A DNA stretch of 64,000 bases from Pseudogymnoascus verrucosus (lineage: Eukaryota), in the NCBI GenBank assembly GCA_001662655.1, contig KV460224.1; one strand, 5' to 3'. Below the pieces are notes generated by a model. That model was not told the DNA's origin and searched no databases. It worked only from the letters and a program-made list of their open reading frames with translations. Both the position numbers and the translations under genes were made by a program. Shown one piece after another: positions 63,373 through 64,000 of this stretch. Within the stretch, counting starts at the first letter, position 1; every line of letters starts with the position of its first letter.

Positions 63373-64000
63373 AGGTGCGGGCAGGGAGTAGATTCTGCCT
63401 TTTAAAACGCATCATAGAGTCCATGTTGCAGATCAAATGTAGACAGTTAAGTTCGCATAGTCTGTTTGATCTCTCGTACGCCTGGATGATACTGGTTCTC
63501 TGGTCCTTGCCATCGCCATATTAACAACAATCGAACGTCGGGGCGGGTGCCTGTATGTGTAGGAGTATGGGTACGGTTACCTTTCATCGGTGGCTTGCTG
63601 AGTACGCGCGGGGACGGCATAACCCGGGAAGGGCCGAAGGCGGAGGAGGTTTATTGCGGTTTATGTTTCCGGACGCATGTATTCTGGGCGAGGCCAGTGC
63701 GGCTACATCCATCGAGTCAGTGGCGATGTAAGAAGGTGTAGCATGTATGTACAAGATATGTGCGTTCAGGGGTGCTAGGAATAAGAATAACGAGGAAACT
63801 TAGCTGTGGGTTAATGGGCGCGGGATACAACACGAACACCAATCTGAGACCATCCCCCTTGGCTTGGAAGCTCACTCCATTCTAAGATCCTACCCATTTC
63901 CCCATGTTCATTATTCCTGTACTCACATAGATTGACCCATGCCCATTAAGACCCCACTATTACCTGCACTTTGGACATATCTCTGCATGCTCAGCTGGCA

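Noticed and set aside
1..64000. Starship captain (DUF3435 tyrosine recombinase)
   Set aside because: No such ORF recognised in the window

Overview
Filamentous ascomycete (Pezizomycotina) genomic DNA, judged from GT-AG introns with CTRAC/CTAAT branch sites and RIP-type C>T/G>A decay. It is an accessory, transposon-rich region with two assembly gaps (15828-15852, 30207-30324). The left half has a carboxylesterase 3' end, four Fot1/Pot2 (pogo-type) DDE transposon copies (one intact), an apparently intact Ginger-type integrase transposon with TGT..ACA ends and a 4-bp TSD plus a RIP relic of the same family, a nested hAT derivative, and a small MFS / FAD-oxidoreductase / AsaB-like gene group sharing a repeated cis motif. 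The right half has an SDR, a Tc1-type MITE, a GT-B protein, a DUF3887-like hydrolase, SET-MYND and RBR genes and several pseudogenes (APH, kinase, Est1-like, Cys-rich peptide). The most striking feature is a head-to-head pair: a divergent HSPA12-like Hsp70 gene and a three-exon gene fusing Zn2Cys6 + PHD + coiled coil + a C-terminal domain that looks GrpE-like. This suggests a dedicated Hsp70/nucleotide-exchange-factor module tied to chromatin or DNA binding (inference). No Starship captain recombinase, rRNA, tRNA or CRISPR array was recognised.
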